A stretch of DNA of 63,879 bases, counting the filler, from Sphaeroforma arctica JP610 (taxonomy: Eukaryota), in assembly GCF_001186125.1 (NCBI RefSeq). It is 5 parts of one record of this genome, joined end to end, with 100 filler letters (N's around TTAATTAATTAA, not from the genome) between each part and the next. Parts side by side here need not be neighbours in the genome. Positions count along the whole stretch, not along the records: positions 33,613 to 61,272 come from NW_014040546.1; 4 more parts are not named here. One strand, written 5' to 3'. Both the position numbers and the translations under genes were made by a program. Positions 47,212 through 60,336 of the stretch are shown piece by piece (position 1 is the stretch's first letter; each line of letters begins with the position of its first letter). A model generated the notes under the pieces. That model ran no database searches. It was not told where the DNA came from and saw only the letters and a list, made by a program, of their open reading frames with translations.

Positions 47212-47833
47212 GCGTGTATCTATCTATGCAGCGACTGAGATATGCTGATCTAAATGTGCTGCCTATGTAGCGACTGAGCTACGCTGATTTAAGCGTGCTA
47301 CTATGTAAGCTACCTATGCAGCGTCTAGGATACGCTGATCTAAGCGTACTACTAGATAAGCTACATTTGCAGCGACTGAGTTACGCTGATTAAAGCGTGC
47401 TACTAGGTAAGCTACCTATGTAGTGACCGAGCTACGCTATTTGAGCGTGCTACTAGGTAAGCTACATATGCAAGTTAAGCTACCTATGCAGCGACTGAGC
47501 TCCGCTGATCAAAGCGTGCTACTAGGTAAGCTACTTATGCAGCGACTAAGATACGCTGATATAAGCGTACTACTACTTAAGCTACATATACAGCGACTGA
47601 GCAGCGCTGATTAAAGCGTGCTACTAGTAAAGCTACCTATGCAGCGACTGAGCTACACTGATTTAAACGTGCACAAGGTAAGCTACATTTGCAGGACTGA
47701 GCTACGCTGATTAAAGCGTGCTATCAGGTAAGCTACCTATGCAGGGATTGAGCTACGCTGATTTAAGCGTGCTACTAGGTAAGCTACCTATGCATCGACT
47801 GAGTTACGCTGATTAAAGCGTGCTACTAGGCAA
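47212..47833. repeat. ~52-bp minisatellite (~11 copies) with an internal hairpin
   Basis: gctacctatgcagcgactgagctacgctgattaaagcgtgctactaggtaa; acgct-gattaa-agcgt stem. Confidence 0.9.
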
Positions 47834-49153
47834 GCGCCACTCCTCGGACAAATCCCAAGTGGGGTATGATGATAAGTCCTATCTCCAACAGCCCGCACGG
47901 ACAATTCTGTAACGCCCCTCCCAGCCTTCCAGCACAACCAATAGGCTAGCTAGTCCTGCAGGTGTACCCCGGGTGCACCCAGTTGTACAGGATAGTGTAC
48001 ATTTGTCCTAAAAGTGAAAAGCATGCGCTGCAGTGATCCAGGCTACGCACAGGACGGGCAAGGTAGAGAGACAAACCCTGGAAACTCTGCCGGTAAGACC
48101 TGTACATTCAAACTCGCACTACGGTTGGGTATCAGAGTCATCACCAGACAGACACCAGGCGTCTCCGCATAGCACCTTCAAGGGGTGAAGCATATCGCCT
48201 CCAAGGGGAGAAGTTGTACACCCACAACTACTGGGCATGCAGCCCATCCCACACCCAGCAGCCGTCCACATAGGCCACAGCGTCTATCTACCTCAGCTGG
48301 CCATGACTGGGATCGAACTGTACCGAACATCCATAAGTACACCAAGAGGCTGTCCTCCGCAAAATATGAGCGATCAACGTCATGGCGTCTCTGCATAGCA
48401 CCTTCAAGGCATGCAGTAGTACACCCACAACTACCGTGTATGCTGCCCATCCCAAACCCAGCAGCCGCCCACGTACTAAGTGTTGGGCCTTTCCAGGGTC
48501 TATCTCTATGCCTTCCTTCTGTAGGTACTACCTATCACAGGAAAGGTGCCTTGCCCACTATCACTCACGGCATGGACAGCCGAGTCTATCTCAGCTGGCT
48601 ATGGCGGGTACTGAACGGAGCCGAAAGTCCATATTTGTTGCACGGGCGTTCCTCTGCAGTGTATGAATGTATTGGCCCCTCAGTTCAGAGTAGTTGAGTG
48701 CTGTCTGCTGATATAAATCCAGAGCAGCGATACAATCCGCACTATCACATACCCAGCAACGCACTTGTAGGCAATCAAAGTCCTTTTGGGTCAGTTTCAG
48801 TCCAGTCTTGCAACAACCGGGACCTTCCACGCACCACCTGACACTCCAGAGCAGTCTGTGCGCGGAAAAGGTGGTTGCCAGTTGCCCTCTTTATCTCGAG
48901 AGATGTGTTTGTGTATATATATATACACACACACACACATATATATGTATATATATGCGTGTACATATATATGTGTGGTTGTGTGGTTGCGCACGAATCT
49001 ACGAATCGAATGCGTGAGCGATCATGTTCAACACCCATTTCTATTGGGAAGGCACTGAACTCGCCCATGTAGGCGTCCCCACACCCATCTCCATACACCC
49101 ACTCTCACCACAAAGACAAGTGCACATGCACACACTCTTCTCCTAACACCTGT

Positions 49154-50793
49154 CTACTGTGCCTGGCAATCCCGTTGCTGTTGGTGGCCGATCCCTCCGC
49201 CGTGCTGGTTCATATAACTACCAAAGGAATCACCATCACCCATAGGGCCCATCATCTCACTCGACGGCACACTGGTCAGAGACGCTCGCCCGCGGTACAT
49301 ATGCATGGCATCTCCTAAGTTCACCTGTCGCGTGCCGTGTGAGGGGGTGTGGTTATCCATTGTTGGGCGCGAGTTGTACTGTCCGGAAAGTTCGGAACCT
49401 CCGTCTGAGTCCTCCATTTCTTGCAACTCGAACTCGCCTGGGTGCACCTCTTCGTCATCGCGTGGGGCCGGTAGGTCTGGCCTTGGCGGCAGCAGACCCT
49501 CCAGCATGGCCTATAATGTATGAGGAAGGGAAAGGATGTTATATACATATATATGATGAGGAAAGAAAAGGTTGTTATAAATATATATATATATATATAG
49601 ATACTTGGGTTGTAGGAGGTTCAAAGTTAAAATATACAGAATAAACAGTAAAATTTTATACTTTGTGTCTTAGGAGTGTAGCGTACTCTGCCTATTTGAG
49701 AGCGAAGAAGGTAAACATGTCATCACAACATCTAAGTACAGATGGGGTGCTGTGTGTATCTCTATGAAGAGGAATGGCTGAGGGAGAATGTGACAACGAT
49801 TGCAGATATGTATTATGAGCGTATGGTATTGAATGCAGACCAACACAGAGAATCTGAATGTATGTGTATGTATGTGTATGTATGTGTATATGTTATATAT
49901 GTATGAGTATGGGTATGGGTTCGAGTTTAAGTATGAGTATGAGTACGAGTATGAGTATGAGTATGAGTATAAGTATAAGTACGAGTACGAGTATGCTATG
50001 TGTATGCAAGTGCTCAGTCCAGAACTCCTGACCCCAATATCTGCATGCATATCCTGTGCATGTCATGTATATCTTACAATGGACAAGATGACTACATATG
50101 AATAACACAGCCCACCACAGGCAATGCGTCTGACCATAGTCACGTACAGACACACTACACACTACCATGCATACAATACGTTACATTACAGACAGGTATG
50201 AGACCACATTCACGTACACGTACAAAAACACTACACACTACCATGCATAACAATACGTTACATTGCAGACAGGTATGAGACCACAGTCACGCACACTACC
50301 ATGCATAACAATACGTTACATTGCAGACAGGTATGAGACCACAGTCACGTACACGCACACTACACATTACACACCACCATGCATAACAATACGCTACATT
50401 ACAGACGGGTATGAGATTACAGTCACGTACGCGTACACGCACACTACACACCACCATGCATTACAATACGATACATTGTAGAGAGCCATTCAACCGTTAG
50501 TCTAGTCACACACGTACCATACTGGCCTCGTCCGCAAAGTTGTCTGGCGGAAACATAACAGTGAACTCAACAATCAATCGCCCATGCTTGCCAGGGCTCC
50601 CCCTGATTGGCATACCCAGTCCAGGTATACACCTTCGATGGCCTAAAAATAAAATGGTAGCAACGGGTTAGCAACGAGTACGCTATATGCGACTGGTCAG
50701 CGAATCGAGGGAGGATTGACTTCGATTGCGGTTAGCGGTACGGTTAGAATTGAGGTGATTTATGTATATACAACAAAGACAAGTTACTGATGA

Positions 50794-50829
<36 letters not shown>

Positions 50830-51895
50830 GTATACATAAACGTACATGAATGTATACACTGCAGTAAAATACCGCCCACGTACAGCCATTCATTCCGTAC
50901 CTTCCGTTGTGACTTGCCCAGGCGCACACGTGACGGCAAGTTTCTTGTTGTTGACAAAGGTGATGTAGCGTGTAAACCCACACAGCGCTTCCACTAGCAT
51001 AATCTCTAACGTGGTGCACAGATCATCGCCCTTCCGCCTGAACCGGAGATTCTCTCGCTCTTGTAACACCACCACTATATCAGCCTCGGGTCGCCCTGCA
51101 GCCTGCGAAGGAGACGTGTGTGTGAGCTTAGTATAGCGAGACAACGTGTGTGTGTGAGCTTGGTATAGCGAGATAATGTGTGTGTGAGCTTGGTATAGCG
51201 AGATAATGTGAGTGTGCGAGCTTGGTATAGCGAGATAATGTGTGTGTGAGAGCTTGGTATAGCGAGATAATGTGTGTGTGGGCTTGGCATAGTAGGATTA
51301 TGGGTGTGTGTGAGCTTGGTATAGCGAGAGAATGTGTGTGTGAGCTTGGTATAGTGAGAAAACTGTGTGTGTGTGTGTGGTTGTGTCCGTACCTCCCATG
51401 TATATGCCCCACAGACGCGCTAGTAAAGCGACGATTACATTTCTTCAACTAGACGGTTGGTTGTGAACAGATGTATAGGAATACCTTATTAGACACCCCA
51501 GGCCGGTGATATGATGGGCTGGGATTGAGAGTACATGCACACGTGTATGCTTGTAGCTACACCACTGAATTCACTGCATGCTTCATGTTCCTACATTCAA
51601 TGCTGATGCAGCGCATGTGCACACTTGAGAATGGGTTGGAACTGGCTGCAAGCAACGGCACGTGATAGTGATGTGTCATTCATTGTTGTTCTTGAAACCA
51701 CGAGTATTGTCCCATTAGTGTAAGTGCTATTGACCTAACAGGCACATGTACTTTATCTTCTGAGAATGTGCTCTGACTACATAGGAAGGGGTCAAAGACA
51801 TACATGATACCTTGATTACATCACGCACACGTTTGAGTAAAGACAGACAGCACGTGCACATAAAGACATGTACATACATAGACATAGACAAAGAC

Positions 51896-51927
<32 letters not shown>

Positions 51928-54900
51928 AAGATATATGTATATGCAAGATATACACGAAGGTATAGTACAGAATACACGGTCAGATTCTGATCATCCACGT
52001 GGATGTGTATGTGGCACGTTTTGGTTGTGTGCAATGGTGTGTATACACATACTTGTTGGTCGCCTTGGGCCTCCAGTGTTATCCTATCACCATCTTTCAT
52101 TCCCGGTTCAACAGAGATTGAGAGTATATTCCGTTCTGTGCACGGAACCAATACGATCAAAGCAATGAGATGTGAATAGTTGCCGGTGGCGAAAAAAAAT
52201 AATGCTATTGTAAACCCTAAACACCGTTAACCAGATCAGAAAGCAGCAGAATAAGATCTGAGAGCAACATAACCAACCAATATACCCAGATTTGAAACCA
52301 ACATAGCCAGATCAGAAAGCAGCAGAATAAGATCTGAGAGCAACATAACCAACCAATATACCCAGATTTGAAACCAACATAGCCAGATCAGAAACCAATA
52401 TAACCAAATCTGACACAAACGCAACAAGATCTGATACCAAAACAACAAGATCTGACACCAACATAATCAGATCTAAAACCAACATTACCAGATCTGATAC
52501 CCATAACCAGATCTTAAACTAACATAGCCAAATCTGAAACAGGCATAAGCAGATCTGAAACCGTAACTAGATCAGAAACCAACGTAACCATATCTGATAC
52601 CAACATAATCAGATCTGAAACCAATATTACCAGATCTGATATCCCAAATCAGATTTCAAACCAACATAAGCAGATTTGAAAGTAGCATAGGCAGATCTGA
52701 AACTAACGTAACCAGATCTGACACCAACATAACCAGATCTGAAAGCAACAGGGCCAGATCTGAAAGCAACATAAATAGATCTGAAAGCAGCATAACCAGA
52801 TCTGATACCAACGTAACCAGATCTGACATTAACATAACCAGATCTGAAAGCAACATAAATAGATCTGAAAGCAGCATAACCAGATCTGACACCAACATGA
52901 ACAGATTTGACCAACATAACCAGATCTGAAAGCAACATAAATAGATCTGAAAGCAGCATAACCAGATCTGATACCAACATAAACAGATTTAACCAACATA
53001 ACCAGATCTGAAAGCAACATAAATAGATCTGAAAGCAGCATAACCAGATCTGATACCAACGTATCCAGATCTGACACCAACATAAACAGATTTGACCAAC
53101 ATAACCAGATCTGAAACCAACATAACCAGATCTGAAACCAACAGGACCAGATCTGGAAGCAACATAAATATATCTGAAACCAGCACAACTAGATCTGATA
53201 TCAACGTAATCAGATATGACACCAACATAACCAGATCTGAAAGCAGCATAACTAGCTCAGATACCAACGTAACACCAACATAAACAGATTTGACCAACAT
53301 AACCAGATCTGATACCAACGTAACCAAATCTGAAACCAACGTAACCAGATGTCATACCAGCATAACCAGATCTGAAACCAACATAACCAGATCTGATACC
53401 AACATAACCAGTTCTGAAAGCAACATAACAAGACCTGAAACCAACATAACCAGATCTGAAAGCAACATAGATATATCTAAAACCAGCACAACTAGATCTG
53501 ATACCAACGTAACCAGATGTCATACCAGCATAACCAGATCTGAAACCAAATCTGATACCAACATAACCAGATCTGAAAGCAACATAAACCAGATCTGAAA
53601 GCAACATAACCAGATCTGAAAGCAACAGGACCAGATCTGAAATCAGCATAACTAGATCTGATACCAACGTAACCAGATCTGACACCAACATAAACAGATT
53701 TGACCAACATAACCAGATCTGATACTAACATAACCAGATCTGAAAGCAACATAACCAGATCTGAAAGTAACATTACCAGATCTGAAACCAGCATAACCAG
53801 ATCTGACCAACATAACCAGATCTGATACCAACATAACCCGATCTGAAAGCAGCATAACCAGATCTGAAAGCAACAGGACCAGATCTGAAAGCAACATAAA
53901 TATATCTGAAGCCAGCACAACTAGATCTGATACCAACGTAACCAGATATGACACCAACATAACCAGATCTGAAACCAACGTAACCAGATCTGACACCAAC
54001 ATAACCAGATCTGAAACCAACGTAACCAGATGTGATATCAACATTACCAGATCTGAAAGCAACGATACCAGATCTGAAACCAGCACAACTAGATCGGATA
54101 CCAACGTAACCAGATATGACACCAACATAAACAGATCTGACACCAACATAACCAGATCTGAAACCAACGTAACCAGATCTGACACCAACATAACCAGATC
54201 TGAAACCAACGTAACCAGATCTGATACCAACATTACCAGATCTGAAAGCAACATAAATATATCTAAAACCAGCACAACTAGATCTGAAACCAACGTAACC
54301 AGATCTGACACCAACATAACCAGATCTGAAACCTACGTAACCAGATCTGACACCAACATAACCAGATCTGAAACCAACGTAACCAGATCTGATACCAACA
54401 TAACCAGATCTGAAACCTACAAAACCAGATCTGAAGTCAACATTACCAGATCTGAAGCCAACATTACCAGATCTGAAACCAGCATAACCAGATCTGAGTC
54501 CAGCGTAACAAAATCTAAAGCAACACCAACATTACCAGATCTGAAACCAGCATAACCAGATCTGAGACCAGCGTAACCAGATCTAAAGCAACACCAACAT
54601 AAACAGATCTGAAACCAACACCACTAGATCTGGAACGGACACAACCAAATCTGAAAACAATATATGCCATGCGAGAATAATAAAAACATCTCCAACTCAG
54701 ATAGTGAACTATTACACTTAACAAAGTGGAGGTGTAACAAGGTAAACTTAATAGGTAACTAGCCGTATGTACCAGTGCATACGCTCTTGCTATGACTTAG
54801 CCGACAATCCGTGAGAACATCGCACACGCTATTCATACATAGCTAGTACTTGTAGCCATTGCATGAGGAACCAACGCCCATCGCTGCCGACAAACCAACC

Positions 54901-57900
54901 CAGCATAAACATAAGCCAGTAGCACTATGTTGCAATGCATTATAATGACAGCCAGGTAGCTCTGGCTTGATTGTGCACACCAACACACTCTAATCACGTG
55001 CGCATCCATTCGTACCTGTAACTAATTTCTTTCCTGAACACGCTTGGCAACACATATCCTTTTGGATCACAAACCCATTGCCCTGGCATTGTTTACATGT
55101 CTGACTCATCTGTGGACGGCGAATGGGAAGGAGTTTCAAGATTACAAAAATAGAAATGGAAAATAAAATTAGGATTCAGGAAAGTTGAAGCCAATATTTT
55201 AATCACAAAGCTATTTCCCTGGCATCCCTTACACGTCTGATTTATCCGTGGATGCCAAGCGATATTGGTGAGGTTATAGAAGTTCCAGAGTTTTAAAGTG
55301 TAAGGGGTTTGCGTTTTTAGTTCAGACATAGCCTCCTAACAAAAAAAGAAATGGTTGAGAGAGAGCGAGAGGACATCGTGAATCCCACAACTTACGGAAT
55401 GATCTACACCCTGTGATTCACAGGGTTCAATATGTATGGGCTTATAGTTAAAAAAATTACGATAAGGCAACCATTTAAAAGCATATTCACGTTTTCAGGC
55501 CGTCGCCTATTACAAGCCCTGGCTACGGAGCCGAGTCCATGTAACGTATGCTGATGTACTGATTCGAAAGCGTGTCCACGCTATACGCATTGAAGCCCCC
55601 CCCCCCCCACCCACATATATATATATATATTATCATTGGTCTGATTCGAACTTGTCTACATACAAATTGACATATTATTTGAGCAAAAAATAGCCTCAAA
55701 TGAAATCTATAAGCAAACTCGACCACAAACAGCTATAAACCAGGCTATTGTCAAGCATAACTACAGCAAAACCTAGTCCACATTTAGACTGGACTACATA
55801 CAATTTGACACCCCGATTACATACAAATTGAAACCTTGACGGGGCAATTTGAGTCCTAATTTCCAGCAATCCCTTGCCCGTGCATGCATTACACGACACC
55901 AACGCTCCTTGACCGCCACCATTCCCCTATATACCACATGTGTGGTTGAAGTTTGAGAAAAAACAAGGTTTATTGTGTTAGTACAGAAATAAAACCCTGA
56001 TTAGAAAACCGCTCGAATATAGTGTTAGAAGAATGGGAACACCAGGGTTTACAATGTAATAATAGCACTAGGAATATTCTTTGCTGCATACTTGTAATTG
56101 CGTGACAACCTATATCCACAACACGTTTAAACAGAGGAAATACATAACAGTCAAGGTACTTATATATCGCACATGCGAGGTAGCCCCATGCCTGCTGCGC
56201 TTAATGCGTTTGAACGCACGAAGGTCCGTTGTGCTGGATAGCGTACTGCGAGGTTTATTCATTTAGTGCACGCCTTGAAAATACACTAACGCTTTCGCAA
56301 CATGCTGTAACAGTCGGCAATTGCAACAGCATCGGATGTGAGTAAATGGGAGTGTCTCTCGGGCACCAGATAACTATGTTCTGTTTTCCTGCGCTATACC
56401 CTGTTCTATCTGAGCCAGGATTGCTGCAGTCGCCTGGCAACCCCTTGCTATAAGTAATCGGTATCGTGCATCGATAGTCCACATGCACACACGCACACAA
56501 ACATATATATATGCATACATACTTACATCCAGGTACATATATAAATATCCTACATACATACATGGATACATATTTTTATATAGATAGATTTAGACATACT
56601 CGTACATTACATATAGATACATAGATACACACACACACATATATATATATGTATATGCGTACATATACGTATATATTGCCTCGGGCACTGGAAATTAACG
56701 AGTTGTGCCGTAGTCAGAGGTGCAATAAGAGGTCACGTAACGCCACTTGCATGTATATCCGCATGGCGCATTGTATGTGCTTTCGTTGGCCTACGTGGGT
56801 GCTAGCTCTCTCGCACACAGCACACCAGACACTCTAAGCTAAAGGCACCAACATAAACACATGTGTACGTATATGTACATACACATCCGCGTATGTATGT
56901 GTATGTGTGTGTGACAATACATCAGAACACAAGCCTACATACCGCGCATGCTTTGCAGGCTACAGAGCGTTGTATGGCTATCTTGTTGACTGCGCCTGTA
57001 TACAGTGCTTCTAGCGTAACTCTGTGCACGTGGTGCACTATGCGACTGTTGCGACGATTGGCTCTGCTGGTGGGCGGCACGAAGCCTTCGATGATGTCTA
57101 TGTCTGCAACGGTGCAGAATAAAAGCTATTTTTAGAACCGTTACTCATAGAAGGGATATTTTTTAGAACGGTTATTCATAAGAGGTATATTTTTTGAACG
57201 GTTGTATTTAGGCATGACCCTCTGGATAGACTCTCTCCTAAATTTACGATTTGTCGTAGAGAGAAATTTGATTTCCGTCCCAGACCCTAGTCCAGAGGGC
57301 CAGGTTTTAGGTGCAGGTTTTAGGTGCGGTATGTACTGCGCAAGTACATTGTTACGCGTACACAGGGTCTAGCCACTACAAGTTGCGTGGAATGCCGTGG
57401 TTAGTAACAGCCGGTACTGTGCTGGGCAGGACTGAACGTGTTACGGAGATAGGCGGAACACACAGGCAGAAACAGATAACCGACATCGCAACAAGCAAGC
57501 ACCCAACAACACCAAAGGTTGTCGCAGAAGGACATTGCGTCCGTGCTGGGCGTGTAAGTGATGTGTGTGTATGGGATAGTGTGCACTGCTTGAGGCGGGT
57601 GTCTTATAACCTCACTCTCTACACCCGCAGGTGGACAGGTGTGGCCCGACACACACACCTACACGTCTCCTGGTGCACCCAATCCTCTGGACACAAGCCT
57701 ACACATTGACGCACCCATGTTCACATACACACTTGTACAGGTCTATGGATATCCCACATGATCGCATGCCCACAAAGGTATAAGCACATGTGGTTAGAAC
57801 CCTAAACCCTAATCTTCATATGGGATGTGAGCGCAGCAGACAACGTACTTGGTCCAAATATCTCACTGAACATTTTCCGCGCGTATGCCTGCTTAGCAGC

Positions 57901-58472
57901 AGGAGTCCGTTCGGTACTTGCTTTGTCGGTCACAATACCCGTCCTAGGGGGCAGGGAGAGTCAGGTAAGTTATAAATAGAGCACACGAACTTACCTATTG
58001 CGCTGTGTAGGTAGGGGGTGTGTAACGGATATTTTTATCGGGGTGGAAAACGAACTCGCCGTATGCATGTGTTGTAGGGACGGCAGCGCACGCCCAGCAA
58101 CAAACTTTTGAACTGTCATATATGACACACTATGACACAGGCATGAAGCTACTGAACAGGGAAGCAATACATCACAAATTGAACGCAACTGACACGAGAT
58201 AACACTTGGAGTTTACAATAAAACTCATGAGCAGGCATACGTGTGGATGAGAGCATGATTGGGATTGGCTATTTAAACGATTGATACGTGTCAATGTGAG
58301 GGGGTTTCAACTATGTATTACACTTATGCAGAGTTTCTAAAGAGGAATTCACACTCACACACAAGCACAAAAACACACACACAGATATATATATATATAT
58401 ATATGATACATATATACATACACACACACACACACAGATATATATATATATATATATGATACATATATACAT

Positions 58473-58505
<33 letters not shown>

Positions 58506-60336
58506 GGATACATATATGTACATATACATACATACATATACATATATATATGTATATATATGCATCATATACATACATACAGACATAAAAAATATGTACA
58601 TATATATGATATATAAATATATATACAAATACATGTCAGCTAGTTGTCCGTACCTGTCGTACTCTGCTCGTTTGACTGGGTCTTCCAACACTTGAAACGC
58701 CGCACTCAGCCGCAGAAACATTTGTGCACCCACTGGGTTGCGGTCAGGATGGAACTCTTTGGCCTTCATCCTGTACGCCTTCTTAATAGTAGCAAAGTCG
58801 GCGTCTAGTGCTACCCCCAGGATGTCATAGTACTCCTTGCCCGTGGGGCCGTCTATCCGTATATCAGCCGGGCCGGGGCGACTGTTGTTGCTGAGACTCT
58901 CCCCTCTGCTTTGTGGGTCGTGTGTGTGATCATTTGGCTGTAGTTGTTGTTGATGTTGTTGTACATTCGGTTGGTTGCTATTGTTCTGCATGCTCGGTTG
59001 ACTACTACCACTACCCGCCTGGAGGCTCTGCTGTGTATGGAAGCTCGGCGGGTGTGGCCCCTGGGTCTGACCTTGGGTCTGGTTGCTATGTGGGCTGTTA
59101 TGATGAGTCTGGTTGAGGAGTCTCTGAGCCTGCTGGTTACCTTGCTGCTGCCGTAGCTGTGCTTGCAGCCGCTGCTGTTCAATCTCAAACGTCTGTTGGC
59201 TCTGGTGTTGCTGTTCTTGTAGCTTCTGCATCTGTAGTTGCTGTAAGTGTCGCTGTTGCTGCACACGCAGGGTCTCCCGTTCTACCGCACACGCTCCCAT
59301 ACTGTTATCTGAGCTCGCGTTGTCGTCCGCTAACAAGCCCTTACTGTTGGTGCCGGGAAGTCCTCTCCGTGCCATGATAGGTGATTTGTCTGTAGAATGC
59401 GGGCTTTTCCCCGTACGGCCACTCTTCATCTTCAATGAATTGCCACCAGTGCCGGTGTTTGTATTGGTGTTGGTGTGTGTGTTTGTGCTAGTATTACTGC
59501 TAGCATGCCTATGTTGTTGTTGCTGCTGGTGTTGCTGTGCGTTCAACCACTCTGAACTCTGCATCAGGGATAAGTAAGTATTTCCTGAGCCCATCTCCAT
59601 ACTCTGATTGTTAATACTATTCGTATTGCTGTTGATGCCAGGACTACCTCCTCCCTGTAAAGCATTGAACCCGTCCACACTTGCCTGTAGATTGTGTTGG
59701 TGCCCACTTACGCTTCTGCTTGAAAGCGCATTCATATTCAGCGTCCCACTGCTATTATCCGAGGCCATGCCCATGTGCACGCTATCGTGACTGTTAGAGT
59801 GCTCACCCCCGAGACTGTTGCCTTGGTTACTATGCCCACGCTGTCTACCCAGGGGCAAGTGTGAATCACTACTCATAGGCACGGTTGTAGTGTGTCGCTC
59901 GAGGTCTTTGAGGATCTGATTGTTGATGTCGTCCGCACTTGCACTGTCCATGCTCTGAGTGAACTTGTATAATGCAAACGACGGTTGGTTGTTATGGTTA
60001 CCGCGTGGGCCTGGGTGACTGTTCTGCCGGTGTGTGGTGAACAAGTGTGCTGCGTTCAGGCCCGGGGGTTGTTGGTCGTCGTTGGAACTCATAGCTGTAG
60101 TGGGGGGTGGGTGTAACACAGTGCTCAGTGTCCAGACAACCGATTAAAACATGCCCCACATTGCAGAGAAGTACATGTACGATACGCTGATATGTTCTAC
60201 CCCAATGTATAATCGATAGCTGTATACACACACACAGAATCTCCAGGCCATATGCACACACGCGCGTGTGTTGTTACATCCAACGTTATGAACTTAGCAA
60301 CCTGCCTGCACTCACACCTGTCGCCGTCCACAACAT
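49154..60336 (-). CDS. Class A DnaJ/Hsp40 (DNAJA/Ydj1-like) with a long N-terminal low-complexity extension, 10 exons, ~892 aa
   Basis: Exons 60336-60318, 60094-58654, 57943-57849, 57103-56943, 55926-55825, 55109-55016, 52135-52053, 51102-50901, 50642-50518, 49510-49154; phases are compatible and the total is 2679 nt. J domain EYYDILGV..HPDRNP..AFQVLEDPVKRAEYD; VTLEALYTG; four CxxCxG motifs; VEPGMKDGDRI; FRRKGDDL..LVEALCGF; GMP..GRLIVEFTVMFP; C-terminal CQAQ CaaX. The tiny first exon is the least certain; an alternative ATG lies at 60092. Confidence 0.9.
50140..50480. repeat. ~45-65-bp intronic tandem repeat
   Basis: cactaccatgcataacaatacgttacattgcagacaggtatgagaccacagtcacg recurs ~5 times. 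Confidence 0.85.
51115..51380. repeat. ~30-bp intronic minisatellite
   Basis: gtgtgtgagcttggtatagcgagataat units. Confidence 0.85.
52228..54660. repeat. ~2.4-kb array of a 21-bp satellite (accagatctgaaaccaacata) in DnaJ intron 6
   Basis: Roughly 110 diverged units with an AGATCT core; source of the spurious LVSDLVM/NITRSET ORFs. Confidence 0.95.

Noticed and set aside
48430..48530. GIEIDPGK..RLLGL on the - strand as a gypsy RT remnant
   Set aside because: Short match within a mosaic of local duplications, with no YxDD or other support.
52236..54724. ORFs with LVSDLVM / NITRSET / FRSGYV heptad repeats
   Set aside because: Translations of a 21-bp intronic satellite, with frequent frameshifts, inside a phase-consistent DnaJ intron.
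57401..57658. 85-aa Cys-rich ORF within the DnaJ locus as a possible exon
   Set aside because: Flanking exons join in phase without it, and it has no DnaJ similarity.
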